NCBI GenBank assembly: GCA_000371865.1
Contig: AQUG01000002.1
Span: 30,527-94,526 of the forward strand
Length of the DNA stretch: 64,000 nucleotides
Origin: an alpha proteobacterium SCGC AAA027-L15
GTDB lineage: Bacteria > Pseudomonadota > Alphaproteobacteria > Pelagibacterales > Pelagibacteraceae
Direction of reading: 5' to 3'
The notes under the pieces: generated by a model
The model's database searches: none
Told to the model about the DNA's origin: nothing
What the model saw: the letters and a program-made list of their open reading frames with translations, nothing else
Shown here: one piece after another, positions 21,314 through 32,880 of the stretch
Layout of the letters: each line of letters begins with the position of its first letter
Position numbering within the stretch: the stretch's first letter is position 1
Program-made: the position numbers and the translations under genes

Positions 21314-22409
21314 ATGATCGAAGTTAAAAATATTGCAGAAAAAATAGGAAAATCCTTAGATAACATAAGGGGGTATCTTTGATAAAAATCAGGTTGATAA
21401 GAAAATCTCAGATCTAACAGCGCAAACGGAGCTTCAGGAATTTTGGAGCAATCAAAAAAACGCAGAAAAAGTAATTAAAGATAGAAATTTTTTATTAGAA
21501 ATAAAAAATAACTACGATTTTATTTCTAAAGAGCACGTAGATAATAAGGATCTTTTAGATATTGCTGTTAAAGAAAATGATGAAGTTTTAGCTAAAGACT
21601 TAAATAAATCATTTGAAAATAATTTAGAAAAATTAAAAAAAATTGAACTTCTTTGTTTTTTATCCAATGAAAATGATGCTTTAGATGCGTATGTTGAAAT
21701 TCACGCAGGAGCTGGAGGCACAGAAAGTCAAGATTGGGCCGAAATGTTAAGAAGAATGTATTCAAGATGGGCTGAGAAAAATAATTTCAAAGTCGAGTTA
21801 ATTCATGAAAGCAGAGGTGAAGAAGCTGGAATAAAATCCTCAACAATTAAAATAACAGGGCAGTTTATTTATGGATGGTTAAAAGGAGAGTCCGGAGTTC
21901 ATCGTCTAGTTCGAATTTCTCCATTTGATTCAGGCGCAAGAAGACACACAAGTTTTGCAAGTGCATGGATATACCCAGTAGTGAATGAAGATATAAATAT
22001 TGAAATTTTAGAAAAAGACATTCGAATAGACACTTATAGATCTAGTGGAGCAGGTGGACAGCATGTTAATACAACAGATAGCGCTGTTAGAATAACTCAT
22101 ATTGCAACCGGGATAGTCGTGCAGTGTCAAAATGAAAGATCACAACATAAAAATAAAGAAACAGCCATGAACATGTTAAAAGCTAGACTTTATGAACTTG
22201 AGATGAAAAAAAAACAAAAAGACTCTGATAATCTAGAAAGTTCTAAAAAAGAAATTGGATGGGGAAGTCAAATTAGAAATTATGTTTTGCAACCTTATCA
22301 GCTCGTAAAAGATAATAGGACTAATATCGAAGTGACAAATCCAGAAAAAGTATTAGATGGAGATATCTCAGTATTTTTAGAAGCCTCCGTTTATCAAGGA
22401 ATTCATTAA
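21314..22409 (+). CDS. prfB: Peptide chain release factor 2 (programmed +1 frameshift, ~364 aa)
   Basis: ATG 21314 frame ends AGG GGG TAT CTT TGA (TGA 21380-21382); +1 frame from 21381 is open into [13 protein letters not shown] and GGQ motifs. Confidence 0.96.
21368..21383 (+). promoter_or_regulatory. prfB programmed +1 frameshift site (internal SD plus CUU-UGA)
   Basis: AGGGGG-TAT-CTT-TGA-T, the canonical RF2 autoregulatory cassette. Confidence 0.95.
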
Positions 22410-24709
22410 TGCTAAAAAGAAATAAAATTTTATTAATTCTAACTTTAATTTTTATATCTCTTATTGCTTTTTTATCCTTTGGATTTCAAACTTCTAATTT
22501 TAATGAACTAATCCAAAAAAAATTTAATGATCAGTACAAAAAAATTAAATTAGAGTTTAAAGATACAAGAGTAAGTTTAGATATTAAAGATTTTGCGGTT
22601 AAATTTAGCCTTAATGAGCCAAAAATTTATCATAAAGGCGATCTTACTAATATTTATCAAACTAATTTTGGCGTTGATATTATCTCGGCAATAAAAGGCA
22701 ATTATAATCCTAAGTTTATAGAAGTAAAATTTTCAGAAAATTCATTTGAAAAAAGTATCAATTTAATCCGCGATGTTTTTTTAGAAGATAATCAGAAAAG
22801 TTACTTTGATAACAAAGTTAAGAAAGGCTTTATCAAAGGGGATTTAAAAATTTATAACGAAGATATTGTAAAAATTGAGTTTCTAGGCAGTATTAAAGAC
22901 ACCACATTTATTATCTCAAATGAATTACCTGAGTTTCAAAATATTAATGCAGAAATCGAATTTAAAAATAAAGAATTAAACGTTAACATTTCATCGGGAT
23001 CTGCCGCAGGTTTAAATTTTGATAAGTCTAAAATTTCTGTAAATGAAACATCAGATTCATACAAAGCTTCTCTTGATCTAAATTTAAATGGAAAATTTAA
23101 TTCATTAAAAGAATTTAAAAATTTAAAGATAGCAGCCTTAGAGGACATTACTAAAAATATAGAAAAATTATCATTCTCAACTACAGCTAATAATAAAATC
23201 GATCTTGAGTTTGATAAAAAAGGAAACCTTCTTAATACCTCTGTAAAAGGAAAAGCTGATATTACAAATCTAGAATTAGATTTGTTGCAAAACGCTTATC
23301 CTAATGTTTTAGATGATAAAAATAGAAAGTTTAAAAATGGAAAATTTAAAGCTGAATTTGATAAGTCAAATGTTTCTGTTAATGGAATAATTTTTAATCA
23401 AAATGATTCTTTAGATTTTAAAATAAATTCTGATCTAAATAAAAAGACTTCCAAGATTAATATTATTTCGGATATAAATTTTGTTAACTGGCAAAAAGTA
23501 TTTAAACCAGAATATATTAAAGGTTCTTCAAAATTATATGTTCAATTAAATACCAATAAAGACCAATATTATTTTGACACTCGAATAGATATTAAAAAAA
23601 GCTTAATTAATTTTACCCCAATTAATTTTAATAAATTGTTAAATGATGATGGTCAGATTCTTTTAAAAGGTGAGATTAAAAAAAATACTTCAGTTTTAGA
23701 AAAAGTTACAATTAATGCTGGTAAAAATAATATTGAATTATTTGATATAAATTTTGATGAGAATTTTTCTATAACCTCTCTTAATAGTATTACGGTTAAT
23801 ACAGATAAAAGTAATTTTAAAATTATCTCATCTAAAAAAAGTAATATTAATCATATAGAAATTTCAGGAAAAAGATTAGATGCTAAATATATTATAGACA
23901 GTCTAACAAGCTCAAAACCATCAACAGTTGTTTCAAAAAAGTTTAATGGAACTATCAGTGTTAATTTAGACACCGTTGATACTGGAACTAATGATGATAT
24001 TAGAGATTTTAATTTAACAGGCACTATCTTAAGAGGAAAGTTTGTAAAGTTAGATGCTAACGGAGTCTTTTCTAATAAAGAGAAAATTACAATTAAAATT
24101 AGTAAAAATAAAAACGGAAATATCGCAACTTATATACTTTCAGATAGAGCAAGACCGTTTATTGCAGGATTTAGTTTTATAAAAGGATTTGAAAAAGGAA
24201 AATTAGAGTTTACCTCTGAAGATTTAAGCGCAACCTCTTCTAAGGGAAAAATTATTATTACTGATTTTAGAATTAAAGAAATACCTGTGCTTGCACAAAT
24301 ATTATCCCTTGCCTCAGTTACAGGAATTTTAGACACCTTAAAAGGAGAAGGAATTCGTTTTGATAATACAGTCATTGTTTATGAAAATGATGAAAAATTT
24401 TTTACCTTTAAAGATTTTTATGGAACAGGACCGTCCCTTGGATTTATTGTTGAGGGCAGAATTAACAATGAAGATCACTTTGTAAGTTTGGATGGAAATC
24501 TAATTCCAGCCTATGAAGTTAATCGTCTTTTATCAAATATTCCAATACTAGGGCAGATTTTAACAGGCAAAAGTGGTGATGGAGTTTTTGGTGTAAGCTT
24601 TAAAATTAAAGGCAAAGATAACAATTTTGAAACGACAATAAATCCAGTTCGAACAATTACACCAAGATTTGCGCAAAGATTTGTAGATATATTTAGATCT
24701 TCTAAATAA
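22409..24709 (+). CDS. AsmA-like / YhdP family intermembrane lipid transport protein
   Basis: N-terminal TM anchor, beta-rich body, C-terminal AsmA_2-like GEGIRF...G.LIPAY.VN..L..IPILGQIL...GVFG...INP. Confidence 0.8.
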   Translation: MLKRNKILLILTLIFISLIAFLSFGFQTSNFNELIQKKFNDQYKKIKLEFKDTRVSLDIKDFAVKFSLNEPKIYHKGDLTNIYQTNFGVDIISAIKGNYNPKFIEVKFSENSFEKSINLIRDVFLEDNQKSYFDNKVKKGFIKGDLKIYNEDIVKIEFLGSIKDTTFIISNELPEFQNINAEIEFKNKELNVNISSGSAAGLNFDKSKISVNETSDSYKASLDLNLNGKFNSLKEFKNLKIAALEDITKNIEKLSFSTTANNKIDLEFDKKGNLLNTSVKGKADITNLELDLLQNAYPNVLDDKNRKFKNGKFKAEFDKSNVSVNGIIFNQNDSLDFKINSDLNKKTSKINIISDINFVNWQKVFKPEYIKGSSKLYVQLNTNKDQYYFDTRIDIKKSLINFTPINFNKLLNDDGQILLKGEIKKNTSVLEKVTINAGKNNIELFDINFDENFSITSLNSITVNTDKSNFKIISSKKSNINHIEISGKRLDAKYIIDSLTSSKPSTVVSKKFNGTISVNLDTVDTGTNDDIRDFNLTGTILRGKFVKLDANGVFSNKEKITIKISKNKNGNIATYILSDRARPFIAGFSFIKGFEKGKLEFTSEDLSATSSKGKIIITDFRIKEIPVLAQILSLASVTGILDTLKGEGIRFDNTVIVYENDEKFFTFKDFYGTGPSLGFIVEGRINNEDHFVSLDGNLIPAYEVNRLLSNIPILGQILTGKSGDGVFGVSFKIKGKDNNFETTINPVRTITPRFAQRFVDIFRSSK

Positions 24710-25943
24710 CTTCAATTAAGAAGTGCTGTTTTTTTCCAAATGAAACTTTAATAACTTTTTCATCATTAAAATCTTCTTTTGTAACTATTTTTTTTTCATC
24801 CGTTACAATTTCATTGTTAATTCGGTAGCCTTTATTAGCTATATTTCTTCTGTATTCACCATTTGATTTTGCAAAGTTAATTTTAATAATTAAATCATTA
24901 AATGAAATTCCATTATTTAAATCAGATTTTTTAATTTCAATTTTTGGAAGATCATCACCAAAGGATTTATCTTCAAAGGTCTTTTTAGAGGTAGCTTCAG
25001 CTTTGGAAGATGTTTTCTCTCCATGAAGAATTTTGGTTGCTTCATTTGCAAGAATAACTTTTAAATCATTAATATTTCTAGACTTGTTATTTTCAAAACT
25101 AGAAATTTCATCTAATGGAAGTTCAGTAAATAATCTTAAATACTTGAAGACATCTGCATCATTCACGTTTCTCCAAAACTGCCAGTATTCGTAAGGAGAT
25201 GTTTGTTTTTCATCTAACCATACGGCGCCTTTTTCAGTTTTGCCCATTTTAGCTCCAGAGCTAGTAGTAATAAGCGGAGTAGTTAAACCGTAAGACTCTT
25301 TTCCATTCACTCTTCTTATTAATTCAATACCGTTTATAATATTTCCCCATTGATCAGATCCACCAATCTGCAAAATACAATCATTTTTATTGTTAAGCTC
25401 GAGAAAGTCATAAGCTTGTAAGATCATATAGTTAAATTCTAAAAAACTTAATGACTGCTCTCTATCTAGTCGAAGTTTAACGCTATCAAAAGTTAACATT
25501 TTATTAATAGTAAAATGTTTTCCGTAATCTCTTAAAAAATTTATATAATTAATCTTAGTAAGCCATTTTTCATTGTTTAAAAAAATAAATTTATTACTGC
25601 CTTTGCCACTTAAAAATTTATTAAAAACTTTTTTAATTCCCAAAGTATTTTTTTTAATTTCTGCGCTTGTTAGAATTTTTCTACTCTCTTCTTTACCAGA
25701 AGGATCACCTACCATAGTAGTGCCACCTCCTAATAAAACGATTGGTGTGTGACCAAATTGTTGAAACAATCTAAGACACATGATTTGCACTAAACTGCCA
25801 ACATGCAAACTTGGAGCAGTGCAATCAAAACCGATATAAAGTTTAATTTTTTTTTTATCTAAGAGTTTAGTTAGATTATCTAAATCAGTGCACTGATTAA
25901 AATATCCTCGTTGTTGAAAGGTTTTGATAAGATTCTGATTCAT
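24702..25943 (-). CDS. tyrS: Tyrosine--tRNA ligase
   Basis: YIGFDCTAPSLHVGS, QIGGSDQWGNI, KMGKT. Confidence 0.98.
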   Translation of the reverse strand: MNQNLIKTFQQRGYFNQCTDLDNLTKLLDKKKIKLYIGFDCTAPSLHVGSLVQIMCLRLFQQFGHTPIVLLGGGTTMVGDPSGKEESRKILTSAEIKKNTLGIKKVFNKFLSGKGSNKFIFLNNEKWLTKINYINFLRDYGKHFTINKMLTFDSVKLRLDREQSLSFLEFNYMILQAYDFLELNNKNDCILQIGGSDQWGNIINGIELIRRVNGKESYGLTTPLITTSSGAKMGKTEKGAVWLDEKQTSPYEYWQFWRNVNDADVFKYLRLFTELPLDEISSFENNKSRNINDLKVILANEATKILHGEKTSSKAEATSKKTFEDKSFGDDLPKIEIKKSDLNNGISFNDLIIKINFAKSNGEYRRNIANKGYRINNEIVTDEKKIVTKEDFNDEKVIKVSFGKKQHFLIEVI

Positions 25944-25992
25944 TCAATAAGATAGTATTATACAAAATTAAATAATATTAAATCTATATAAA

Positions 25993-27087
25993 ATGAGTAA
26001 ATACATTTCTTTAGGAACCATGAGTGGCACTTCCATGGATGGAATTGATCTTTCTATTATAAATTCTGATGGAGAGACGAACACTTCTGTTATTGATAAT
26101 TTTTTTTTCGAATACAGTTCTGATTTTAAAAAAGAATTAATAAATATTAGAAAAGAAGTTTTACAAAAGGACGATTTAACATTGAAAAAAGCACTTATTA
26201 ACGACTTATCGAGAAAGATTACATTGCTTCATGTTGAGGCTATTCAGGAATTTTTAAAGAAGAACTCCACAATCAAATTAGATTTAATTGGTTATCATGG
26301 TCACACATTGATTCATAAACCTGAACAAGGGTTTACATTTCAATTAGGGAATCCTGAATTGATGGCACAGTTATTAAAAACTAAAGTTGTCTTTAATTTT
26401 AGAGATAACGATATTAAAAACAAAGGACAAGGAGCGCCCTTAGTCACTCTTTATCATGGACAAATTTTAAAAAATCTAAACCTAATAAATAACGGGGTGA
26501 TTATAAATATCGGAGGGATTGCAAATGGAAGTTATTTTGAAAATTCAGTTATTCATTCAAATGATATCGGACCTGGAAACTGTCTATTAGATCAATGGAT
26601 TAGACTAAATTCAAAAGACTTAGAGTTTGATAGGGAAGGAAATATTTCAGAAAAAGGTGAAGTTAGTTCATTAATGCAAGAAGATTTTTTAAATCATTAC
26701 AGTTATCACGATAAAAAAAAATCATTAGATATTACCGATTTTAACATTGCTCAATTTCGAGGTCTTAAATTAGAAGATGGTGCGGCAACCCTTGTAAGTG
26801 TAACTGCAAATTTAATTGCAAACTTCGTTAAAAATATAAAAGAAAAAAAAGATAAAATTATATTAGCGGGAGGAGGTAGAAAAAATAAAACTTTAATTAA
26901 ATTTTTATCTAAAATTTTAAATGTTAATGTTGAATCTATAGATCAGTATAAACTTGCTGGCGACTTTATTGAATCGCAAGCGTTTGCTTATCTTGCAATA
27001 AGAAGTTTAGAGGAAAAACATTTATCGCTTCCAACAACAACTGGTGTAAGTAAGCCGGTAACAGGTGGGATTGTTTATTCTAATTAA
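25993..27087 (+). CDS. anmK: Anhydro-N-acetylmuramic acid kinase
   Basis: GTMSGTSMDGID, GQGAPL, NIGGIAN, DIGPGN, ESQAFAYLA. Confidence 0.93.
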   Translation: MSKYISLGTMSGTSMDGIDLSIINSDGETNTSVIDNFFFEYSSDFKKELINIRKEVLQKDDLTLKKALINDLSRKITLLHVEAIQEFLKKNSTIKLDLIGYHGHTLIHKPEQGFTFQLGNPELMAQLLKTKVVFNFRDNDIKNKGQGAPLVTLYHGQILKNLNLINNGVIINIGGIANGSYFENSVIHSNDIGPGNCLLDQWIRLNSKDLEFDREGNISEKGEVSSLMQEDFLNHYSYHDKKKSLDITDFNIAQFRGLKLEDGAATLVSVTANLIANFVKNIKEKKDKIILAGGGRKNKTLIKFLSKILNVNVESIDQYKLAGDFIESQAFAYLAIRSLEEKHLSLPTTTGVSKPVTGGIVYSN

Positions 27088-27740
27088 AATCTAGATTCTT
27101 TTTTAATATACTTTTCTATAGCAACGCAAAATTCTTTATCTTTCCCTGCAAAGAAGTGATTAGCACCTTCAATTTTAACAAAATCTACATTGATGCTTTT
27201 TTGATTTTTAAGTTTAGTTTCCAAAGTCTTGGTAGCATCGGGTGGTACTAATTGATCATTAGATGAATATAAAACCATACCAGATGATGGACAGGGTGCT
27301 AAAAAATTAAAATCATAAATATTTGGCTGCGGGCAAACTGCTATAAATCTATAAATCTCAGGTCTTCTCATTAGTAATTGCATACAAATTAAGGAACCGA
27401 ATGAAAAACCAACAATCCAACTTTCATTGGTATTAGGATTTTGTCTTTGGATCCAATCTAAAACTGCTGCTGCATCTGACAATTCTCCCTGACCATTGTC
27501 AAATTTACCTTCACTTTTACCAACGCCTCTAAAATTAAAACGACAAACAGAAAATCCATTTTTAAGAAATGTATGAAACGCATTATAAACTACTTTGTTA
27601 TTCATGGTTCCGCCGTACTCTGGGTGCGGATGAAGAATTAAAACAGTTGGTGCAGTTGAGCTTTTTCCTTGAACGTATTTAGCTTCTAGTTTTCCGTCTG
27701 GTCCATTAATAAAAGTTCCTGCTGGATTAACTACGCTCAT
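27084..27740 (-). CDS. Alpha/beta hydrolase (suf-linked family)
   Basis: LHPHP.YGGTMNN, RFNFRGVGKSEG, GFSFG nucleophile elbow, GANHFF. Confidence 0.9.
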   Translation of the reverse strand: MSVVNPAGTFINGPDGKLEAKYVQGKSSTAPTVLILHPHPEYGGTMNNKVVYNAFHTFLKNGFSVCRFNFRGVGKSEGKFDNGQGELSDAAAVLDWIQRQNPNTNESWIVGFSFGSLICMQLLMRRPEIYRFIAVCPQPNIYDFNFLAPCPSSGMVLYSSNDQLVPPDATKTLETKLKNQKSINVDFVKIEGANHFFAGKDKEFCVAIEKYIKKESRF

Positions 27741-27813
27741 AGAAGTTTGATGAATTGTTATTTTAACAAGCGGCTCTTATACCACAAAAGCAATTGAGTT
27801 TTGTTTTTTTTTT

Positions 27814-27846
27814 AAAGTTGACTAAATTAGTAGGAATAGCTAAATT
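27814..27846 (+). promoter_or_regulatory. Sigma70 promoter of the isc/suf operon overlapped by an IscR type-1-like operator
   Basis: TTGACT (27818-27823)-N17-TAAATT (27841-27846); AAAGTTGACTAAATTAGTAGGAATA resembles the E. coli IscR type 1 consensus ATASYYGACTRwwwYAGTCRRSTAT. Confidence 0.7.
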
Positions 27847-27872
27847 TATTGAAAATTTACCATTAATTTACA

Positions 27873-28343
27873 ATGAAACTGACAGCAAAAGGAAGATACG
27901 CTGTAATGGCGATGACTGACCTTGCTACTTTTAATAAGCAGCAAAAACCAGTTAGTCTAAACGATATCTCTATAAGACAGGGTATTTCCCTTTCTTTTTT
28001 AGAGCAGTTATTTTTAAAGTTAAAAAAAAAAGATTTAGTTACAAGCGTTAGAGGAAATTTAGGAGGTTACAAACTTTCAAGAGATCCAAACAAAATTCAT
28101 CTTTCATCAATCATTGAAGCAGTGAATGAAGATATCAAAACTACAAAGTGTAAATTAAAATCAAAAAAAGGATGTACTGGTAAAACAACTAAATGCGTTA
28201 CGCATAATCTTTGGGATGGTCTATCAAGACACATTAATAACTATTTTACGTCCGTTACATTATCTGATGTTTTAGAGAATAAAATTCCAAGAAATATTCC
28301 ATTTGAAAATTCATTAAATCAATCGCAAGGAATGAATAGATGA
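27873..28343 (+). CDS. iscR: Rrf2-family Fe-S regulator IscR
   Basis: MKLTAKGRYAVMAM, ISLSFLEQLF, SVRG..GGY, three Cys plus THNLW. Confidence 0.9.
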   Translation: MKLTAKGRYAVMAMTDLATFNKQQKPVSLNDISIRQGISLSFLEQLFLKLKKKDLVTSVRGNLGGYKLSRDPNKIHLSSIIEAVNEDIKTTKCKLKSKKGCTGKTTKCVTHNLWDGLSRHINNYFTSVTLSDVLENKIPRNIPFENSLNQSQGMNR

Positions 28344-29476
28344 TTTATTTTGATTATAACGCTACTGCGCCATTACATAAGAATGTAATTAAAAAAATTC
28401 AAAGCTTAAAATTTGAAGAATTTGGCAATTCTTCATCGGTTCATAAAATTGGAAGAAATTCTAAAAAAATTGTCGAAGAAGTGAGAAGAAATATTTTATC
28501 TACTTTAAAAGCTAAAAATTATGATCTTATTTTTACAAGTGGAGCCACAGAATCTAATAACTTAGCCATTAAAGGATTTATTAAAAAAAATAATATTAAA
28601 ACTATTTATTCACTAGAGACAGAACATGCATCAGTCATTGATGTTGTTAAAAATTTAGAAATTGAAAAAAAATTCTTTAAAATAAATTCAAATGGGACAG
28701 TTAATTTAAAAGAAATTGACGAAGAATTGTCAAAAAAAACAAATCCATTTTTAGTTAGCATTATGTTTGCAAACAATGAATCTGGAATTGTTCACCCTAT
28801 TAAAGAAATATCAAAAATTGTAAAAAAATATAAAGGAATTGTTCATTGCGACGGTGTTCAAAGCCTTGGTAAAATTGAAATAGATTTAGATAATCTTGAT
28901 GTAGATTTATTTTCAATCTCATCTCATAAAATTGGTGGTCCTACAGGAATTGGGGCTTTGTTAATTAATTCAAGAAATAATATTTCCCCTGAAATCACAG
29001 GTGGAGGACAAGAAAAGAATTTAAGATCTGGAACAGAAAACTTTTTAGGAATTGTTGGTTTCGGTGAAGCTATTAATGAAGTTAAAAATTTAACTAAAAT
29101 TTGCAATTCTGAAATTAAAAATAATAGAGATTTATTAGAAGCAAATTTAAAAAAATTATCCAATGAAATTAAAATCTTCGGCGAAGATACTGATAGATTA
29201 GGAAATACTTGTTATTTTGCTTATCCTTCTATGACGAGTGAAAACCAAGTGATTGCCCTTGATCAAAAAGGAATTTGTGTAAGTTCAGGTGCAGCTTGCT
29301 CATCTGGAAAAGTTGAACCTTCTCATGTTTTAAAAGCAATGAAGGTAGATGACAAATATATTCATTCTGCAATTCGAGTGAGCTTAGGTTGGGATTCAAC
29401 AAAGGAGCAGATTGAGACTTTCTTTAGTGTTTGGAAGTCTGATTGTTTTAAAAATGGAGCTTTAAATGTCAGATAA
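28340..29476 (+). CDS. iscS: Cysteine desulfurase, group I (IscS/NifS-like)
   Basis: [35 protein letters not shown]. Confidence 0.85.
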   Translation: MIYFDYNATAPLHKNVIKKIQSLKFEEFGNSSSVHKIGRNSKKIVEEVRRNILSTLKAKNYDLIFTSGATESNNLAIKGFIKKNNIKTIYSLETEHASVIDVVKNLEIEKKFFKINSNGTVNLKEIDEELSKKTNPFLVSIMFANNESGIVHPIKEISKIVKKYKGIVHCDGVQSLGKIEIDLDNLDVDLFSISSHKIGGPTGIGALLINSRNNISPEITGGGQEKNLRSGTENFLGIVGFGEAINEVKNLTKICNSEIKNNRDLLEANLKKLSNEIKIFGEDTDRLGNTCYFAYPSMTSENQVIALDQKGICVSSGAACSSGKVEPSHVLKAMKVDDKYIHSAIRVSLGWDSTKEQIETFFSVWKSDCFKNGALNVR

Positions 29477-30908
29477 TCTAATCCAAGAACAAATTAAGCA
29501 AGACTATGCTTACGGATTTGTAACCGATGTTGAATCGGTAAGGGCGCCAAAGGGTCTTAATAAAGAAGTTATTGAATTTATTTCTAAACAAAAAAAAGAA
29601 CCACAATGGTTGCTTGAGTGGAGATTAAAAGCATTTGAAAGACTACAATCAATGACGGAACCAAACTGGCAAAAACCTCAGTATCCTAAAATTGATTATC
29701 AGGCTTTATATTATTACTCAGCGCCAAAAGGGTTTAAAGAAGGACCAAAGTCATTAGATGAAATTGATCCTGAAATTAAAAAGACTTATGAAAAATTAGG
29801 CATTCCCCTTAATGAACAAAAAAGATTAGCAGGAGTTGCAGTTGATGCCGTATTTGACTCTGTTTCTGTCGCAACAACTTTTAAAAAGAAGTTAGAAGAT
29901 ATAGGAGTTATTTTCTGCTCAATTTCTGAAGCTGTACAAAAACATCCAGAACTTGTTAAAAAATATTTAGGTTCAGTTATTCCTTTAACAGATCATTACT
30001 TTGCAACTTTAAATTCTGCCGTATTTACAGATGGTTCATTTGTATACATTCCAGAAGGCGTTAGATGTCCAATGGAACTTTCTACATACTTTAGAATTAA
30101 CGCATCAAACACAGGTCAGTTTGAAAGAACTTTAATTATTGCTGATAAGGGAAGTTATGTAAGTTATTTAGAAGGCTGCACAGCACCAATGAGAGATGAG
30201 CATCAACTACATGCAGCAAATGTGGAGCTCATCGCACTTGATGATGCTGAGATTAAATATTCAACAGTTCAAAATTGGTATCCTGGAGATAAAGAGGGCA
30301 AAGGTGGAATTTATAACTTTGTAACAAAACGTGGAATTTGTAAGGGAAAAAATTCTAAAATTTCATGGACGCAAGTTGAAACAGGTTCTGCAATTACTTG
30401 GAAATATCCAAGCTGTATTTTACAAGGGGATAATTCATCTGGCGAATTTTATTCAATTGCAATTACAAACAATTATCAAAAAGCAGATACTGGAACTAAA
30501 ATGATTCACCTTGGTAAAAACACAAAGAGTAGAATTATTTCAAAGGGAATTTCTGCAGGTCACGCGGATAATACTTATAGAGGGCTTGTAAGCATTCATT
30601 CAAAAGCAAGTAATGCTAAAAATTATACTCAGTGCGATTCATTATTAGTTGGTAATTTATGTGGCGCTCACACAGTTCCATACATTGATAATAAAAATTC
30701 AACTTCAACAACAGAGCATGAGGCAACTACATCTAAGATTAGTGAAGAGCAATTATTTTATTGTAAGCAAAGAGGTTTAAATCAAGAAGAAGCCGTAAGT
30801 TTAATCGTAAACGGTTTTTGCAAAGAAGTACTACAACAGCTTCCTATGGAATTTGCTGTTGAGGCACAAAAATTAGTTAGTATCAGCTTAGAAGGGAGCG
30901 TTGGTTAA
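29466..30908 (+). CDS. sufB: Fe-S assembly scaffold SufB
   Basis: [31 protein letters not shown]-type motif. Confidence 0.98.
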   Translation: MSDNLIQEQIKQDYAYGFVTDVESVRAPKGLNKEVIEFISKQKKEPQWLLEWRLKAFERLQSMTEPNWQKPQYPKIDYQALYYYSAPKGFKEGPKSLDEIDPEIKKTYEKLGIPLNEQKRLAGVAVDAVFDSVSVATTFKKKLEDIGVIFCSISEAVQKHPELVKKYLGSVIPLTDHYFATLNSAVFTDGSFVYIPEGVRCPMELSTYFRINASNTGQFERTLIIADKGSYVSYLEGCTAPMRDEHQLHAANVELIALDDAEIKYSTVQNWYPGDKEGKGGIYNFVTKRGICKGKNSKISWTQVETGSAITWKYPSCILQGDNSSGEFYSIAITNNYQKADTGTKMIHLGKNTKSRIISKGISAGHADNTYRGLVSIHSKASNAKNYTQCDSLLVGNLCGAHTVPYIDNKNSTSTTEHEATTSKISEEQLFYCKQRGLNQEEAVSLIVNGFCKEVLQQLPMEFAVEAQKLVSISLEGSVG

Positions 30909-31651
30909 TGTTAAGTATTGAAAAATTAAATGTAAGTGTAGGTGATAAAAAAATCTTAAAAGATTTTAATCTTAAGATTGGTAAAGGTGAAGTTCACGCC
31001 ATTATGGGACCGAACGGATCTGGAAAAAGCACACTCTCATACGTATTAGCTGGTAAAGATGGTTATGAAGTTGATGGAAAGATTATGTTTAAGAATGAAA
31101 ACATTATCGATCTTGAGGCTGACGAAAGAGCACAGAAGGGAATATTTTTAGCATTCCAATACCCAATAGAAATACCAGGGGTATTTATGAATAATTTTTT
31201 AAAAACATCTCTAAATGCAGTTAAAAAAGCAAAAGGTCAAAAAGAAGTAGATGTCGTTGAATTCTTATCTCTTGTTAAACAACACGCTAAAAAACTTGGA
31301 ATTAAAGATGAGCAATTAGGTAGAGCTTTAAACGTTGGTTTTTCTGGTGGAGAGAAAAAACGTAATGAAGTTTTACAAATGTCACTGTTAGAACCAGATC
31401 TTGCAATATTAGATGAAACAGATTCAGGACTAGACATTGACGCACTTAAAGTTGTTGCAGATGGAGTGAATGCTTTAAGATCACCTAACAGATCTTTCTT
31501 AATCATTACCCACTATCAAAGATTATTAGATTATATCAAACCAGATTTCGTGCACGTTATGGTGAATGGTACTATTGTTAAAACGGGTTGTTCTAAGCTT
31601 GCTCAAGAACTTGATAAGATTGGCTACAAGGAATTTCAAAAGGCAATCTAA
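30908..31651 (+). CDS. sufC: Fe-S assembly ATPase SufC
   Basis: GPNGSGKST, GFSGGEKKRNE, LDETDSGLDIDA, ITHYQRLL. Confidence 0.98.
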   Translation: MLSIEKLNVSVGDKKILKDFNLKIGKGEVHAIMGPNGSGKSTLSYVLAGKDGYEVDGKIMFKNENIIDLEADERAQKGIFLAFQYPIEIPGVFMNNFLKTSLNAVKKAKGQKEVDVVEFLSLVKQHAKKLGIKDEQLGRALNVGFSGGEKKRNEVLQMSLLEPDLAILDETDSGLDIDALKVVADGVNALRSPNRSFLIITHYQRLLDYIKPDFVHVMVNGTIVKTGCSKLAQELDKIGYKEFQKAI

Positions 31652-31656
31652 CCAAC

Positions 31657-32880
31657 ATGAATACTATTACTGATATTAAAGAGGTAAGCGAATTAAGAGC
31701 ACTTAGCTTAAATCTTTTTAATAAACACGGTTATCCAACTAGAAAAGATGAGGATTGGAAACAATCTCAACTAAATTATTTTTTAGAAAATAATAAAAAA
31801 CTTGAGATTTATAAAGCTAATAACGAGCCTATTATTGAAAAAGTTTTTGAAAATTTTAAACATAATAAAATTATTATAGTAAACGGATTAGTTCAAAAAA
31901 CAGATTTTATTGAAAAAGATGAAGATAAATTAATCATCACTACAATTGATGAATATTATAAAAAAAATAATAAGCATTTATCAAAATTATTTAGTAATAA
32001 AAAAAATCCACTCGTTGCTGCAAATAACGCTTTAGCAACGGTAGGTTTTTATTTAGAAATTAAAGATAATTTAGAGTTACCAATTATTATTTATCATCAA
32101 TACAATTCAAAAATTGATCAAAAGCAATTACATCAAAAAAATTACATTTTGATAAATAAAAATTCAAAAGCTTCTGTTTTTGAAAAATTTACAAACGAAA
32201 ATAAAAAGACATTCATTAGCATTAATACAAACATTGACGTTGAACAAAATTCGCATATTAAAAATTATATTCTAAATTCTAATAATACTGAAAATTGTAT
32301 TTATAGATTTAAGAAAGTTAATATTGCCGCAAGTGCAAATTATGAAAGTTTTATATTTTCAAATATTATCAAAACAATAAGAGATGAAGTTGAGATCAAT
32401 TTAAATGAATCTTTGTCAGAATGTTATTTGTATTACACACAGTTTCTAAAAAATAACGAAGATCATGAGATTAAAGTTAAAATTAATCACTTGGCTGAAA
32501 ATACACAGAGCTATCAGTTTTCAAAAAGTATTATCGATGGAACTGCTAAAGGGGTTTACCAAGGCAAAATATTTGTCGACCAAATTGCTCAAAAGACAAA
32601 TGGTTATCAGTTAATTAAGAGTGTTTTATTGTCAGATCAGTGCACATTTCATTCAAAGCCTGAACTTGAAATCTATGCAGATGATGTAAAATGTAGTCAC
32701 GGTTCATCATCCACATCATTAAATAAAGATGAATTATTTTATTTAATGGCAAGAGGGATTCCAGAAGTCCAAGCAAAAAGATTAATCGTTCAAGGTTTTC
32801 TATCAGAAGTGATTGAAAAGATTTCAGATGAAAATTTTAAGAATTATTTCCTAAAGAAAACCGAGGAAATGCTTTCATGA
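31657..32880 (+). CDS. sufD: Fe-S assembly protein SufD
   Basis: KPELEIYADDVKCSHG, LFYLMARGI. Confidence 0.95.
   Translation: MNTITDIKEVSELRALSLNLFNKHGYPTRKDEDWKQSQLNYFLENNKKLEIYKANNEPIIEKVFENFKHNKIIIVNGLVQKTDFIEKDEDKLIITTIDEYYKKNNKHLSKLFSNKKNPLVAANNALATVGFYLEIKDNLELPIIIYHQYNSKIDQKQLHQKNYILINKNSKASVFEKFTNENKKTFISINTNIDVEQNSHIKNYILNSNNTENCIYRFKKVNIAASANYESFIFSNIIKTIRDEVEINLNESLSECYLYYTQFLKNNEDHEIKVKINHLAENTQSYQFSKSIIDGTAKGVYQGKIFVDQIAQKTNGYQLIKSVLLSDQCTFHSKPELEIYADDVKCSHGSSSTSLNKDELFYLMARGIPEVQAKRLIVQGFLSEVIEKISDENFKNYFLKKTEEMLS

Noticed and set aside
21744-22409. prfB as a truncated 221-aa gene or pseudogene
   Set aside because: Explained by the canonical programmed frameshift; the full-length RF2 reading is intact.
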